From assembly GCA_951406725.2 (NCBI GenBank), contig OX597818.1:33790001-33854000 (forward strand): DNA of 64,000 nt. Reading direction: 5' to 3'. This document shows positions 1 through 14,692 of this stretch, piece after piece; position 1 is the stretch's first letter, and each line of letters begins with the position of its first letter. Made by a program: the position numbers and the translations under genes. This DNA comes from Octopus vulgaris (Eukaryota). Under the pieces are notes generated by a model that had not been told where the DNA came from, did no database searches, and saw nothing but the letters and a program-made list of their open reading frames with translations.

Positions 1-520
1 TTCAAATTCCGCCGAAGTCGACTTTGCCATTCATTCTTGCGGAGTCGAAATAATAAGTACCGGTTGAGTATTTGAATTCAATATTTTTGCAAAAATCAAG
101 GCGACAAGCTGGCAGAGTCTTTAGCATGCAGGAATAAATGCTAGCGAGATATCCTCCGTCTTTGCGTTGTGAGTTCAGATTCTGCCAAAGTCGACTTTGC
201 CTTTCGAGTTCGATAAGTACTAATTGAGCACTGGAATAGATTTAATCGATTTGGCCCCTTTCCGAAAACAGCTGGCTTTGTATCAAAAATTTGATATATT
301 TCTGCAATAATGAAGGCGACAATCTGACAGAATGGTGAGCGCGCCATGCAAAATGTCTAGCTGTATTTCGTTCGCCTTTACGTTCTGAGTTCAAATTCAG
401 TCGAGGTCGACTTTGCCTTTCATCCTTTCGGGGTCTATAAAATAAGAGCACTGGGATCAATGTAACTGACTTACCCGCTTCTTAAAATGCTGGCATTCTG
501 TCACATATTTCTACAAAAAT
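1..520 (+). mobile_element. Three tandem decayed copies of SINE family A
   Basis: Repeated GTTCAAATTC.GCCGAGGTCGACTTTGCCTTTCATCC motif at about 1-75, 99-290 and 313-520; matches the full copy at 19825-20056. Confidence 0.8.
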
Positions 521-1765
521 CTCAGATTAAGTAGTTAATATAAGTATTACTTATCTAACCATGGAATTTATATAGGGTCTATCTACACTGAAAAATATAG
601 CCAAAAGCGAAATTTTGAATTTAGTTCCTAGAGTTAATAGGAATTTCGAGAAGTTAGTTGCTTGTGAACGTTTTAGTATGGATATCACTATCATTCATTC
701 AAAACGAAAATAGCATCGTATTACAGATCTGTGAAAAATTTAATATACTGTCACTAAAGCGATGCGAAACCACTACAAAACTACTATAGTACTTCAGTTT
801 CCATTGTACCAAGTTGAGAACACTTAATTAACATCAACCATTACCTGAGTATTCCACGTTGTCAATTATTCACGAACCGAAATACAAAGAACTGCGACTT
901 TCTTCTGAGGATTCTTCATAAATTTAATTAAATAGACGCGCACTAACATTTGTGTATATTTAGCACACTGAAGCAAATTGATTCATCAGTAAGATGCTGG
1001 AGATCTATAGTGTCAGTATCTGATGTTGAAGAACATCCCTAAAGGGCAAATACTACTGCTCTATTAAGATCAATGAGTCTTCATTAGACCACCTATGGAT
1101 TAAAATCGATATTCTGCTTTCTAAATCCAAAACTAATGCGTTTCTCTGCCCCCAAGAATTATACATCAAACGTCTATTGTGAATTTGACAAGTGGTTTTG
1201 GATAGGAATGGTAACAAAATCATTAACAATTTCGTGTTGCATTCTCAGAAATATAAACTATTTTAGATTCCTATGTGTGCACTCTATGTAGTGTTGACAG
1301 CACAAGAGTGAGAGAAAATATAAGTTGCAATAAAATAGTGATGACGAAAGGCAAACTAATATACAGCAGAGTTCTTTGCAATGAAATAGCAACAATCTCT
1401 TGTCAGCATTTTTGGGGATATACTTTTGAAACGACGGGCAATTACCAGGTAATTTGAAAATTTTCTTTCCTTGTGCATACAAATTGCATTCAGCGGTGGA
1501 AATATCTGATCGCCGAAACATACGCGCAAGCGCATCATTCACACACTTTCACGCATGTATACACATAGAGAAAGAGATATAGACACACATATTTCTTTCT
1601 ATACTTGATAAACATTTCATATAAATACACCAGTACTTGGCAGTAATAATATATAAATGAAGTTCTGTCTACGATGGATACACCGGTATATATATTCATA
1701 TGTATATATATATATAGTAAGGGAGAGAAAGGGAGAGATACATAGAGATTGTAGACAACATATAT

Positions 1766-2064
1766 GTGTGTGTGTGCGTGTTTGTGTGTGTATGTGTGTG
1801 TGTGCTTGTGTGTGTGTGCTTGTGTGTGTGTGTGCGTGCGTGTTTGTGTGTGCGTGTGTGTAGGTATGTATTTGTGTGTCTGTGTTTGTTCCTTCCACAT
1901 CACTTGACAACCGATGTTAGTGCGTTTATGTCCCCGACACTTAGCAGTTCTGGAAATTAGACCGATAGAATAAGAACTAAGTTAACAAAGAAAAATTCCT
2001 GGGATCGATTAGTTCGAATGAAGGCGGTGCTGTAGCATAGTCAAAATGTCTGAAACAAGTAAAA

Positions 2065-2098
<34 letters not shown>

Positions 2099-2390
2099 TT
2101 TTACTTGTTTCAGACATTTTGACTGCGACCATGCTACAGCACCGCCTTCATTCGAACTAATCGATCCCAGGAATTTTTCTTGTTAACTTAGTTCTTATTC
2201 TATCGGTCTAATTTCCAGAACTGCTAAGTGTCGGGGACATAAACGCACTAACATCGGTTGTCAAGTGATGTGGAAGGAACAAACACAGACACACAAATAC
2301 ATACCTACACACACGCACACACAAACACGCACGCACACACACAAGCACACACATACACAAGCCACACACACACATACACACACATATATA
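1766..2390. repeat. Fold-back inverted duplication of a SINE family B 3' half around a (TA)n spacer
   Basis: 1766-2068 and 2095-2390 are near-perfect reverse complements; ORFs 1766+ and 2208- end in the same peptide. Confidence 0.9.
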
Positions 2391-3320
2391 TAGTGATAAT
2401 TTACAAAAGACGAAGACGAGTGTGGAAACAAAAAACAGATGTATTAGTGAGAAAGTCTTTTTCGTCTCGAGCCTACGCTCTTCGACAGAATGGAACAAAG
2501 AAATAAACAGGGAGAGAAAATAGAAAAATGTTTAATGGCTAGCGATCTATCGTGGCGAATGCTGAATAAAGGTGTCATACGGGAGAGCTAGGAAGAAGGG
2601 GAGATAATAAAGTAGTGGTGATCCCAAAACGAATGGGCACGTGCGTGTGTATGTGACATCGTCTATATGCGTGTTGAAGGGGGCTGGTGACCTTGACGTG
2701 TGCGTGTGTGCATATGTAGGTGTGTGGATGATGGTGTCGGTGTTGGGAAGTGGTCAGTGCTAGTGTGTGCGCTACTGTGGCTGCTGGGAAGTAGTCAATG
2801 CTAGAGTGTGCGAGTATGCGGGGTGGTGTTATATGGTGTGGTGTGGTGTGGTGTTTGTGGTGTGGTGTTGTGTGTGGTGTGGTGTGGTGGTATTGGTGTG
2901 TCGGAAGGCGAGTGGGGGAAGCAAGGGCGGGGTCTAAGGGATAGGGTGAGGGTGGGATGTGATTTATAGGGATGGTGGGTTGGAATGTGTAGGGTGGAGT
3001 AATGAGGGAGGGGTGACGATGAAGGGAGAGGGTGAAAGGGAGAAGGTGGGTAGTAGGGAAGAGAGGAAGTAGGTGTCAGAGCAAAAGAAGAGAGGTGGTT
3101 GGGAGGAAGTAGGTGTCAGAGGAAGTAGGTGTGAGAGGAAGAGAGGAGAGAAGAGGAGAATTAAATGAAGAGGGGAGGAGAGTTGAGCACATGTGGCGCA
3201 AAAGAGCGGAGAGAGAAGACTAATCCCTGCTCACGGCGAAGACGGGAGTCCGGATGTCCCCAGTGCAAGGACAATCCGAACACAGACAAGTGTTGTAATG
3301 AGTGACCGGTAGAGCGGATA
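2390..3320 (-). mobile_element. 5'-truncated Penelope-like retroelement: GIY-YIG C-terminus, 3' UTR and terminal repeat
   Basis: Minus-strand peptide RSTGHSLQHLSVFGLSLHWGHPDSRLRREQGLVFSLRSFAPHVLN resembles the PLE endonuclease C-terminus (H..S.GHS...R..E..IF.L....P.GLN). The terminal segment recurs at 9890-10310 and 59915-60085. Confidence 0.75.
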
Positions 3321-6300
3321 TATACACGCATATACATGAGTGTGTATGTGTGTATGTCTGTGTGTCTGTCTGTCTTTTTATCTGTCTCTGTCCCTCGCCA
3401 CAATTTGACAACCGCTGTTGGTGAGATTATGTCCCATAACTTAGACGTTCGGCAAAAGATAACGCTAGAATAAGTACCAGGTTTTAATAGAATAAGTAAT
3501 GGAATCGATTCATTAGCCTAAAAGGTTTCTTCTAGGTGCTGCTCCAGCATAGCCGCAGTCTGCTAACTGGAGTAAGTAAAAGATAAAAGATATGGGAAAG
3601 GAAGACAGACAAACAGAGCGAGATAATCTTCCCGAACAACATATAAATTCGTTTCGTATCCGCAATACATAAATACATCTCTTGAAATGAAATTTTAAAA
3701 CTGACATAAGAGTTAATTAGTTTTTTTCTTTTTCCATTAAAATTTCATTTGTAGTATAATCTAGCATACAGAATTGCATGCTAAACTTCCTCAATTAATA
3801 ACGGCATGTTTCATTTCGTTAATCGATACCTTTTTCCTTGTTAGATTGTTCTTCTCACTTTTTCCTCCTTTATTTTATATTCTCTCTAAATAGATAATAA
3901 TGCGTTGAGTAGAAATATCAATATTTCCATACTGCTTCGTGAATAATTTCGCTATAAAATACTACGAATCATTATATACTACTCGATAAAGAACTTGTAT
4001 GTCTATCAAAATTCCATTATTACGTGAATATTTTTATATCATTCCATATAGTTCGTTATTTATAATAATACAGCACAAAATTAATATGTATAAAGTAAAT
4101 CTTATTCGTTCTTATTTTATGCCTTTTTTCTCATTTAATTACCCATATTCTCTTAAATTTATTTACATTGACGCTAAATTGGCATAATATTGCTGAAAAT
4201 ATATTATATTTAGTTTTATTCGCCTGGTTTGCACACGTCTTCCTATATGTTTTATTCACAACATATTTCATGATATAGTCTTACATCTTTATAGTAAAGT
4301 AAACCAATACTGATTTGTTTCGTGTTATATTAAAAGGCATCTATTTTTCATTTGTCAATAATTGTATTTATAATTTCTTTTGGTTTTTGCATATCGATTT
4401 CATGTACAATTTAATTTCATAATTCTAGATGCTAATTTTAATTCTGCATATATCTTTGAATGTCATCTTCCGCCACATATGCTCTGTCTATCATAAATAG
4501 TAACATTGCCAAGTACAGTGTCAAACAAACCACAATTTTGGAAACTGATTAGATCACAATACCATTCTAATACACACTCCCTTGGGAGCGGAAACAGGAA
4601 ATTCTAACGACCCAGACTATTTTACTGCGTGGCCCGCATTCACAATACCTTGCATAGTACAGTATTAATAGACTTGCATTATTCATAATAATGTGCAGCA
4701 CTTCATTTAATACTATACTTCATTTAATTATTTAAGTAAATTTAATATTATTTTATTTAGAAGTGACAATTCCTGGTTCGAAAAACTACGTCATCCGAAA
4801 GTCTTCGGAAACAAAGGTTCCAGAAAATCAACCCGTATTACTATAGCTGTGTTGACTTTTATTACTGCATCTGCCAATAAACAGTTCTAAGACATAGAAG
4901 TCAGATAGTTAGTGGCAGAAGATAATCTGTTATACTTGAAAAGTACTTATTTTATCGAGGTCGGAAGATTAAAAGTTAAAGTCAAATCCGGCACGATTCG
5001 CAAACAGAAAGTAAAGCAACGCTGTTAAAATACCGCAAGACTATTTTGTCACCACTTGAGCAATTCTATCGATTTTCCGCCTTAGAATTATATAAAATAA
5101 TAGCTTTCTAATTTCGGCATTCTATCAGCAATTTTGAGGGAAGCGCGTTATTGCTTCCAATACGCGAGAGGTACTTTATTTCATCGATCTCAAAAGAGCG
5201 AAACGCAAATTTGACCATGAATTACAACTCAGAAAGTAACTGATAGAAAATATAATGAATAGAATTTTGCCCGACCTTAAACGATTATGCCATTTTGCCG
5301 TCTTCAGAATTATATACATCAGCATGTATATAATTCTGCATCAGCATGGCCACAGCACTGAGCTGAAACTAGAGAAAAAATGGTTGCTTCCTATATATAC
5401 ACCCTGATCGAATTTTTGAGATATGGGTTAGTTAGCTGAATTGAGTCATTACTTGAGTGATACTATTTTTAATCTCCCCTGTAGGAGTGTAAGTCTAAAA
5501 TGAGTTCAGAGTAATTTGCTATTAAGATATCGAAAGCCGAATCAAATACCGCGAGGTGCTGGATCATAGTCGATTATATTGATCTACGATCAAATATTGG
5601 TACATATTTTATTGACCCCAGAAGGAGGAATTATAAAGTAGACCTGAAGAGAATTTGAACACTGTAGCTATAAAGGCACAAATGATTACAGATTGCCATT
5701 TTTCCCATTGTTATAATAAATATATCATTAGAGTTTATTAAGAATGTATCTTAGAAGTCTTTATCCGCGTCGTTATTATTCTTTCTTGTCAGTTGAGATG
5801 AACTGGAAGAAAATAGCAATTATACAATAGTTAATTTGTTTGGCCTAATGTAATATTGTTCCATGAAATTGAATTATTAAATATGGTTTCCTCTTAAATA
5901 AGAACTATTACAAAAGAATAAAAGCAGAAAGAAAGAGATAAAATGGTATCGTGGTGATGTGATGATAAAGAGGAGAAATAGAATTTGAAAGGAACAGAAA
6001 GGCAAAGAATGATAACGATGATGATATTGAGAAAGAGAGAAACAGGGGGAGGTGGATGTAAGAAGAACAAGAGGAAATGATCTAAGAGAAAAGCGAAAAG
6101 GGAAATAGGAACAAAGATGGCAACCGAATTGAAATTATATATTTACTTTCCAATAATACAATATGGCAGAAACGTTAGCTCGCTGGGCGAAATGTCGTCT
6201 GTTCTTTGCGTTCTAAGTTCAAATTCCGCCGAGGTCGACTTTGCCTTTCATCCTTTCGGAGTGGATAGATTAAGCATCAGTTACATACTGCGGTCAGCCT

Positions 6301-6415
6301 AATCGACTGACCCCACTCCCCAAACATTTTGGGCGTTATATATCCGATATAGCGGATATATAACTGTTAGAGAGGACAACAAACGCCAACGCAAGGCAAA
6401 CCTCTCAAGTCATAT

Positions 6416-6453
<38 letters not shown>

Positions 6454-6466
6454 GGAAAAAAACTCA

Positions 6467-6522
6467 GTCTTACAGCTGTTTCTAGGATATCCCAGAGTAC
6501 AGTATATTCCGTCATCGGTGAC
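6467..6522 (-). ncRNA. Type I minimal hammerhead ribozyme, U4C core variant (possibly decayed)
   Basis: Minus strand reads GTCA-CCGATGA-CGGAATAT..GGATATCCTA-GAAAC-AGCT-GTA-AGAC; palindromic stem III ACAGCTGT. Confidence 0.6.
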
Positions 6523-6624
6523 AAATAGGGAAAATGAGAAGGGTGTAGATTAATGAAATGACGACATAGAGGACAAGAGTAAAGGCATAAAGAGATGAAG
6601 AAAGAGACGCACACAGAGGCCTGC

Positions 6625-6776
6625 TTGGAGGCCCGACATTCCAAGTTCTTTCAGAAAAACTGAAGGACTGCTATAATAAGTGTGTGGATCTGTGAGGGGA
6701 ATATGTTGAATGAAGTCATAATTAACTATTATATTTTCTTTTACTCAAAGCCAGGAACTTTTAAGCACGCTCCCGT
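6625..6776 (+). mobile_element. Mariner-derived MITE, partial
   Basis: Transposase C-terminal remnant (CYNKCVDL.GEYVE) followed by a TIR-like GCCAGGAACTTTTAAGCAC..CGTA; homologous to 17960, 19020 and 46060. Confidence 0.7.
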
Positions 6777-8129
6777 AAATGCCAAGTAATTAAATTCAGC
6801 CGGTGAGATTTAATATGTAATTAAAAGTACTAAATTTATTCTGATTGTTGTTGTTTAACCTCAGGTCAGTTATGATCTAACAGTTTGTTCATGAAATGTA
6901 TCATTGCTGTGATCATTCTGTCATTTATGATGTAGATACTGTATCTATGGTTGCATACTATAATATCTAAAGTGGCCTTAACTAACACATACGTACATAT
7001 GTATATACAAGCAGTTTTGGTCTCTTTACGTTTTTATCTCTCTCCCTGTCTCTCCCCTCTTTTTCTCTCTTCCTTTCTCTCCCTCTTTCTTCCTCCTTCT
7101 CTCTCCCCTAGTTCTCTCTCCCTCTCTCTCCCTCTCTCTCCCACTCTCCTGTCTCTCTCTTTCTCTCTCTCTCTCTAACTTAGCGGTTCGCTAAAAATAA
7201 TCCTGCAGCATAAGTAGCAATTTTAAGATTAGTGCTGAGGTTGATTTGTTCGAGCAAAGCATTCAAGGAGGTGCACCAGCATGGCCTCAGTCGAATTACA
7301 AAAAAAAGATTAAAGACAAAAATAGTTAAAAAGTGTATATATGCATGCATGTATGTATGTATGTATGTATGTATGTATGTATGTATGTATGTATGTATGT
7401 ATTTTGGAGATGTACTTCCATGGTAAGGGACATAATCTGAAACTATGTGTTGAAACAAAAATGGTTTCAGTCGTTGAATTTACATATTAAGCCATTCAAA
7501 AACCCACAAGACTGAAAAAAAAAAGCCTCCTTGCAACAACAAACGTATCAGTAACCAGGTCGAAATTAGTGTGGAAGCATTGACACCACATAATAAATGT
7601 TTAAGAGAAGTTTACAGACTGCTTGTATTTGAATGCCTAATATTTGTCTTACAGGCAGTAATTGGTTTATACACATGCACACAAACATATCATAAAACAA
7701 GGATCAAAGATCGTTCCCGAACAATAGGATCTTACGGCCGGTTTCCGGGATTCCATGGCGTATACATAACCCCGATCTGTCACAGGACTGCAAACATTTG
7801 CCAGCTGAAAGGACTCGATCAACGTTAAATGAAGTTGGTCTCAAATTCATATGTAGAACACGCTAACCAGGAAGACACACGTTTGCGTGGTTTAGTGTTT
7901 AGGGTACTTTGTGTTATTATATATATATGTTTTCGTGCGTGTTTGTGTGTGAGTGCGTGTGTGTGTGGGGGGGGGGTGTCTAAGTTAAAATTCTTGGAAG
8001 ACAACAATTCAATAAATAAGCGAGACATAGTATGACTGATATTATTTTTTTCTTATTCAATAACGGCTGTTATATTGAATAAACTATTTTCTCGGGAACA
8101 GCTATTCAACTTGCTCAGAAAATGCTGTC

Positions 8130-8165
<36 letters not shown>

Positions 8166-8197
8166 GGGAGGGGTAGGTGTGTATGCATATGTAAATA

Positions 8198-8275
<78 letters not shown>

Positions 8276-8330
8276 ATAAAGATAGATAGATAGATAGATA
8301 GAGAGATAGATTTATATACGGATGCCTATA

Positions 8331-8407
<77 letters not shown>

Positions 8408-9383
8408 ATATGTAAGTGTGTGTGTATACATATGGGTATGTTTGTCTATTGGCATGTGTGTCTGCCAGTACCTATTTCGTGTGTTGCCTACGTGTATGTG
8501 GGCGTATGTGCGAGAGCAGCGTGTGCGAGAGCGTGTGTAGATAAACGCGAGTGCAATTATAAACATTATTGCCAATATTATTCGAAATGAAATTAAAATT
8601 GTTCAGATAGAAAAACTAGATTTATAGAAATGTCATTTTGTAACCTTCGCTGATTAAAGTTACGAGTGGGAATAAACACGCATAAATTGCTTCTCAAGAC
8701 ATTATTTTGAATGGACGCCTAAACTAATATCGTTTGTAGAAAATTTTCAATTTTGTTGTAAATATATTTTATGTTGTTATCTATTTATCATTTATATATT
8801 TGCTTTCGCTTAATATACGATGATATTTACAACAATACCAACAGCAATCTGAACACTACTATAAGTACTAAAAAGAATAGAAATAATAAGTAAGAAAATG
8901 GAGAATAGAATAAAAAAAGACATTCGAGAAACATAGAAAGACATCCTGTCGAAGTTATATAACTATAAAGGCTGCGGCAATAAATAAGAGCACAAACAAC
9001 AACAACAACAACAAGATCAATGCCGATGGTGATGATGATTGTTTCTAACTTAAGGACAGCAATTTTCGAATACAGTTTAGGCGATTGCAGTGACCTCAAT
9101 ACATGACTGCTACTTAATTTTATCAACCGCTGGTATATGAAAACCGACGTTAGCCTCAGCAAGATTTGAACTCAGAACTTTAAAATTGGACGAAATACTG
9201 TAATTCATTTTGTTCTACACCCTAATATACTTGCCAATCCACCGCTATTATGACATTTATTATTCTATAAAAGGACATAAATTTCGTGGGAGGTTTAGTT
9301 GACCGCAGCACTTTCTGTGTATAAGTGCACACACACACACATACACCCACATCCCAATCCCACCATGTATATATATATATATA

Positions 9384-9624
9384 TTCTTTTATTCTTTTAT
9401 TTGTTTCAATCATTTCAGTGTGCACATGCTGGAGCACCACCTTGAAGGATTTTTAGTCGAATGAATCGACCCCAGGACTTGTAATTTTAAAGCATTATGA
9501 TTATTCTACCGCTCTCTTTTGCCGAACCGCTATGTTACGGGGTTGTAAACGCACCACATCGGTTGTCAATCGGTGTCGGAGAGACAAACACTGACACAAA
9601 GTCACACACACACAGATAATACCA

Positions 9625-9688
<64 letters not shown>

Positions 9689-9845
9689 GACGAGCTTCTT
9701 TCAGTTTCCGTGTAGCAAATCTACTCACCAAGCTTGGTCGGCCCGATCCTATAGTAGAAGATACATGCCCCAGGTGCCACGCAGTGATACCGAACACGGA
9801 ACCATGTGATTGGCAAGCGAGCTTCTTACCATTCAGCTGCGCCTG
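9384..9845 (-). mobile_element. SINE family B (CORE-like, internal microsatellite)
   Basis: Reverse-complement match to 29969-30372. Confidence 0.85.
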
Positions 9846-9889
9846 CTCCGATAGATATGTTAATTTCTACTATAGATTATATATATAAG

Positions 9890-10310
9890 CAACGAGCACG
9901 TTTGACGCTTGGGAAAGTAGGAAAGTCTTTAGCATTTCGGGCCTACGCTCTTCAACAGAAAGGAACACGAGGAAATAGACAGAGAGAGAATAAATAAAAA
10001 AACTTGTGAATTTATCGATCAATCTTGGCGACTGGTTGGAAAAAAGTATTTATACAGGAGAGCTAGGAAGAAGGGGAGATAATAAGTTACTGCTGATCCC
10101 AAAACGATGGTACACGTCCGTGTCTGTATTTGAGAGTGTGTAAATGTATGCGTGTGGAAAGGGGCTAGTGAATTTGACGCGTAAATGTGTGCGTGTGTAA
10201 GTGATGTGTGCGTCTGTAATGTTTGGGTGTGCAGATGATGGAATCTGGTGTGGGTGCTAGGAAGTGGTCAGTACTGTGTGTGGAGTGGTATGGAGTGGTG
10301 CGAGGTGATC
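9890..10310 (-). mobile_element. Penelope-like element 3' fragment, same family as 2390-3320
   Basis: Shares GAAAGTCTTT..GCCTACGCTCTTC.ACAGAA.GGAAC and GAGAGCTAGGAAGAAGGGGAGATAATAA with 2450-2610. Confidence 0.75.
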
Positions 10311-10727
10311 TAAACGACTGGGTAAGTGCTGTAGCGGATTACCAGGGCTCCAAGCTCATAGCCGAGACGTGAGTTGTGGAACCATTTTAGATTTCCGATA
10401 TAGCGTTTGTTGTCCTCTTTAACAATTATATATATATATATTAAATTCGACTTACGCTGAAAGTCAACAAGCAGAGTTTGCTTTAGAAGCATTGAGGTGT
10501 ATTGAAAGACACAGATAGGGAAATAATTTTATTCGCAAACGTAGGATAATGCTAATAATATAGCACTAACAGGATAAACTAACTAGTGCTTTACCAGCAC
10601 TTGACGTGTAATAAAGGGATGTGAGTTCGAGTCTAATGGCTGGCCGCCGACAGATTTTTTCCTGCAAAATACGGATAGTTTATGCTGTTATATTATTAAC
10701 ATCATATATTTCCTTATATATACATAC

Positions 10728-10788
<61 letters not shown>

Positions 10789-11442
10789 CAGGCTTCCGAA
10801 CGTTGTACGTTTAACAAGTTCTGCGAAGCATTGGTCAGTCACGTGGTTACAAAATCACCTTCAGAACCACATGGCCTTTCACGTCCATATCCCACTATCT
10901 ACTTATGCGTCTCTCTATGTATACGTGTTGATGTACATATATATTTGTGGATTTTCATTTCCCAATGTAAAATATTATACAATTCTATATGTGGTATTCT
11001 CCAAGTTCCTTACTCCTTCTGAATGTACACGTATTATATATATGTAAAAAAAAAGATTTATTGAAAAAATTCTGCGATACCTGTCTCCTAGTATTACAGA
11101 TTTCATAGTTGCAGAGTTTTTTTTTTGTTTGTTTTCACTAAAGAGAGAAATATTATAAATAACAAATACACAAATGGTTTTCGCTTTCGTTGTATTTCTG
11201 CAACAATATTTCTTACGCCAAGAGGGAAACGTTTAGCCTATTCTGAAACACTCCAACACGTACACAAATAGGACATGACAAACCAATTCTTCTTTCCATG
11301 CTGATGGTGATAGCAAAAAGCCATATTCCCGGATAAAAATTTAATAGATTTGTTATTACTAATATCTGCATTTCTTAGTGTCATTTCCTGTATATTTTTG
11401 CATTAATAGTGAAGATTACTAGTGATATAACTATGTAAGCTC

Positions 11443-11860
11443 TTTTACTCTTTCAATTGTTTCAGTCATTTGACTGTGGCCATGCTGGAGCATCGCCTTT
11501 ATAGTCGGGCAAATCGATGCCAGGACTTATTCTTTGTAAGCCTAGTACTTATTCTATCGATCTCTTTTGCCAAACCGCTAAGTTACGGGAACGTGTGCAC
11601 AACAGCATCGGTTGTCAAGCGATGTTGGAGGGACAAACACAGACATGCAAACGTATACATACGTATACATACACACATATATAAATACATATACATATAT
11701 ACGACGGGATTCTTTCAGTTTCCGTCTACCAAATCCACTCACAAGGCTTTGGTCGGCCCGAGGCTATAGTTGAAGACACTTGACCAAGGTGCTACGCAGT
11801 GGGATTGAACCCGGGACCATGTGGTTGGTAAGCAAATTACTTATCACACAGCCACTCCTA
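11443..11860 (-). mobile_element. SINE family B, near full length
   Basis: Reverse-complement match to 29969-30372. Confidence 0.9.
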
Positions 11861-12177
11861 AATCTATAGGTAGCAATTTGGATTAATTGTGTTCTGGGTA
11901 GCTAAAACGTAAGGAGGTTTCTTCTCTGATGAAGGGACAATATTAACAGAAGCAGATCTAATACGGAATTCCCACGTTTCCCCTTTTCCTAAAGAGAAAA
12001 GTAAATTTTTTTTCACACTCTATAGTTTCTCCGCTACGTTCTGAGTTAAAATTCAACCGAGGTCGGCTTTGCCTCTCATCCTTTCGGGGTCGACAAATTA
12101 AGTACCAGTGGAAGACTAGGTGTCGATATAAACGACTAATCCCCTCCCCGCACAAATATCAGGTCTTAAACGAAGGG

Positions 12178-12327
<150 letters not shown>

Positions 12328-12373
12328 AGTAATAGCTACAAGAGGCGGGGAGGTGAATGTGGTGGTGATGGTG

Positions 12374-12425
<52 letters not shown>

Positions 12426-13292
12426 GTATATACATATATATATATAAATGCACAGACATTCGTTTGCGTAAGTGTTTATGATTGCCTGTATGTAAATATG
12501 TAAAAACCAAGAAAAAAAAAAGAAAGAAACTGAATGTTCATATATAAGCGGTCTGTATACCTTCTTCAGTATATAAATAACATTTATGTATTTACAGCCA
12601 TAAACAGAGAAATAGTTATATATGCATATCTTAAAATGCATTTATGTAATGTGTTAGCATATGAATGTTTGTAGACGTATGTGCGAGTGAGCAAGCACAA
12701 GGTTTTTATTTTTTTACCTTATTTTGTACTTAACATTTTTCTTCATCTTTCTGCTGTCAAACTCATTCTTTCTCGCTCTCCCTCAGCGCCTATCCTCCTC
12801 TTTCTTCCTCTATTTCTCTCTTTCACCTCAGCCAATAAATCTAGGTAAATCTTTTGCACAATTCACATGCACACACATACACACACATACAAGCGAATAC
12901 TCGCTCCCTTTGGCATTCTCTTTTCTCTCACAATTTATCTCCCCCTTTTTTTCTGTTTCTCTATATCTTTCTTTCAGTAACTCGCTCCCTTCCCTTCACT
13001 GCACGTTGTGTGCAATCCAGGTTGCCTTGATATGTATGCATAATAGATATAAGAATATTATAAAGTAATGCCCGTTTGTATGTGTGTGCGCGCTTGTTAT
13101 GTGTGTGTGTTGTGTAGTGTGTATGTATGTGTTTTCTTTTACATGTATGTGAATGCAGGTCTTCTTTTATACATGTGCAGTATTTCAAATATATGATTGT
13201 CGCCACATAAATGCATCAGATTTCTCTTTTCCTACTACTTCGCTTCCGCCATTTTTCTGTTATGTGTATGGCTCAATGAGTGTGTGTGTGTC

Positions 13293-13324
<32 letters not shown>

Positions 13325-13807
13325 TGTGCGTGTGTGTGTGTGTGTGTTTACATGCGAATACGTTTATGTTCGGCATACCGACATAAGTGAGTGCGTGAAA
13401 ATCATTTGAACATGTTCTCCTTATATGTGGTTCCTTTCTGAATGTCTTTGGCAGTTTTATTTAAGGGGTTCCATGTTGCCTTAGCAACATGCAGATGATA
13501 TACGTGCAGTATCAATCAATACAGGTAGATATGGAGACGTAGAAAATAAAATCTCTGATGATTTGGAAACGCGTTCTCGCGTTTTTTGTTTTTGTTTTTT
13601 TTTTCCTTTTATATAAAAGAACGTTAGTATATAAGAAATATTACCATGATAACCATTCCTCGTCTGATTATTCTTGCTTCATTCAATAAACAAACCTATC
13701 TCCTTTATCAACCCACATATTCCTTGTATCTTCCTACTATTTATTTATCCGTCTTCATCTATATCTGTATCATAATTTGCTCCCTCTGTCCTCATTTTAG
13801 TTTTCCC

Positions 13808-13857
<50 letters not shown>

Positions 13858-13912
13858 CATGTATGTGTATATGTGTATGTGTGTATAAATAATATTTATT
13901 TATATATATATG

Positions 13913-13999
<87 letters not shown>

Positions 14000-14368
14000 C
14001 TATCTATCTATATATATATATATATGACAATATGACAAATAAAAGACGGTAAATGGAATATACGAGAATTTATTATTAATGTCGACAATTGTTTCGACAC
14101 ATCTAGCATTGATTCTTCATAGGTAGGACACTCAACAACTGGTTCTGGAGCATCCGGCGGTGCAGATGTATCTCGTCGGGTGATAAGAGAAATAAAAAAC
14201 CGTTAAAATAACAGTTCCGCAATGAAACTTTTCGTTTTGTAGAAAGAAAAGCAGCCAGACCGAGGAAATGTCTTCACTTATATAGAAGATCAAGTCTAAA
14301 ATCACAGGTGGCAAAAAGAGAAACGAACACGCAATCCTGCGAGAAAAGTATATATATACATGTTTATA

Positions 14369-14476
<108 letters not shown>

Positions 14477-14579
14477 AAGGTTGAAGATGATATATATATT
14501 TGAAGATGTACAGGTATGATATATATATAAATAAATATCTATAAATATAAACCATCCGATCTTCTGATTACCTCATTTC

Positions 14580-14692
<113 letters not shown>

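Noticed and set aside
11922-11962. TCT-CTGATGA-AGGGAC...GAAGCAGATCTA
   Set aside because: It resembles the 40181 family, but GAAA, stem II and stem III are disrupted.
13552-13580. CTGATGA-TTTG-GAAAC-GC-GTT hammerhead-like core
   Set aside because: There is no stem II and no stem I pairing; probably chance.
14081-14126. Minus-strand ATGAAGA...GAAAC-AATT-GTC in a (TA)n-flanked segment
   Set aside because: Probably a decayed HHR of the same class, but the core and stems I and II are broken, so it is not called.
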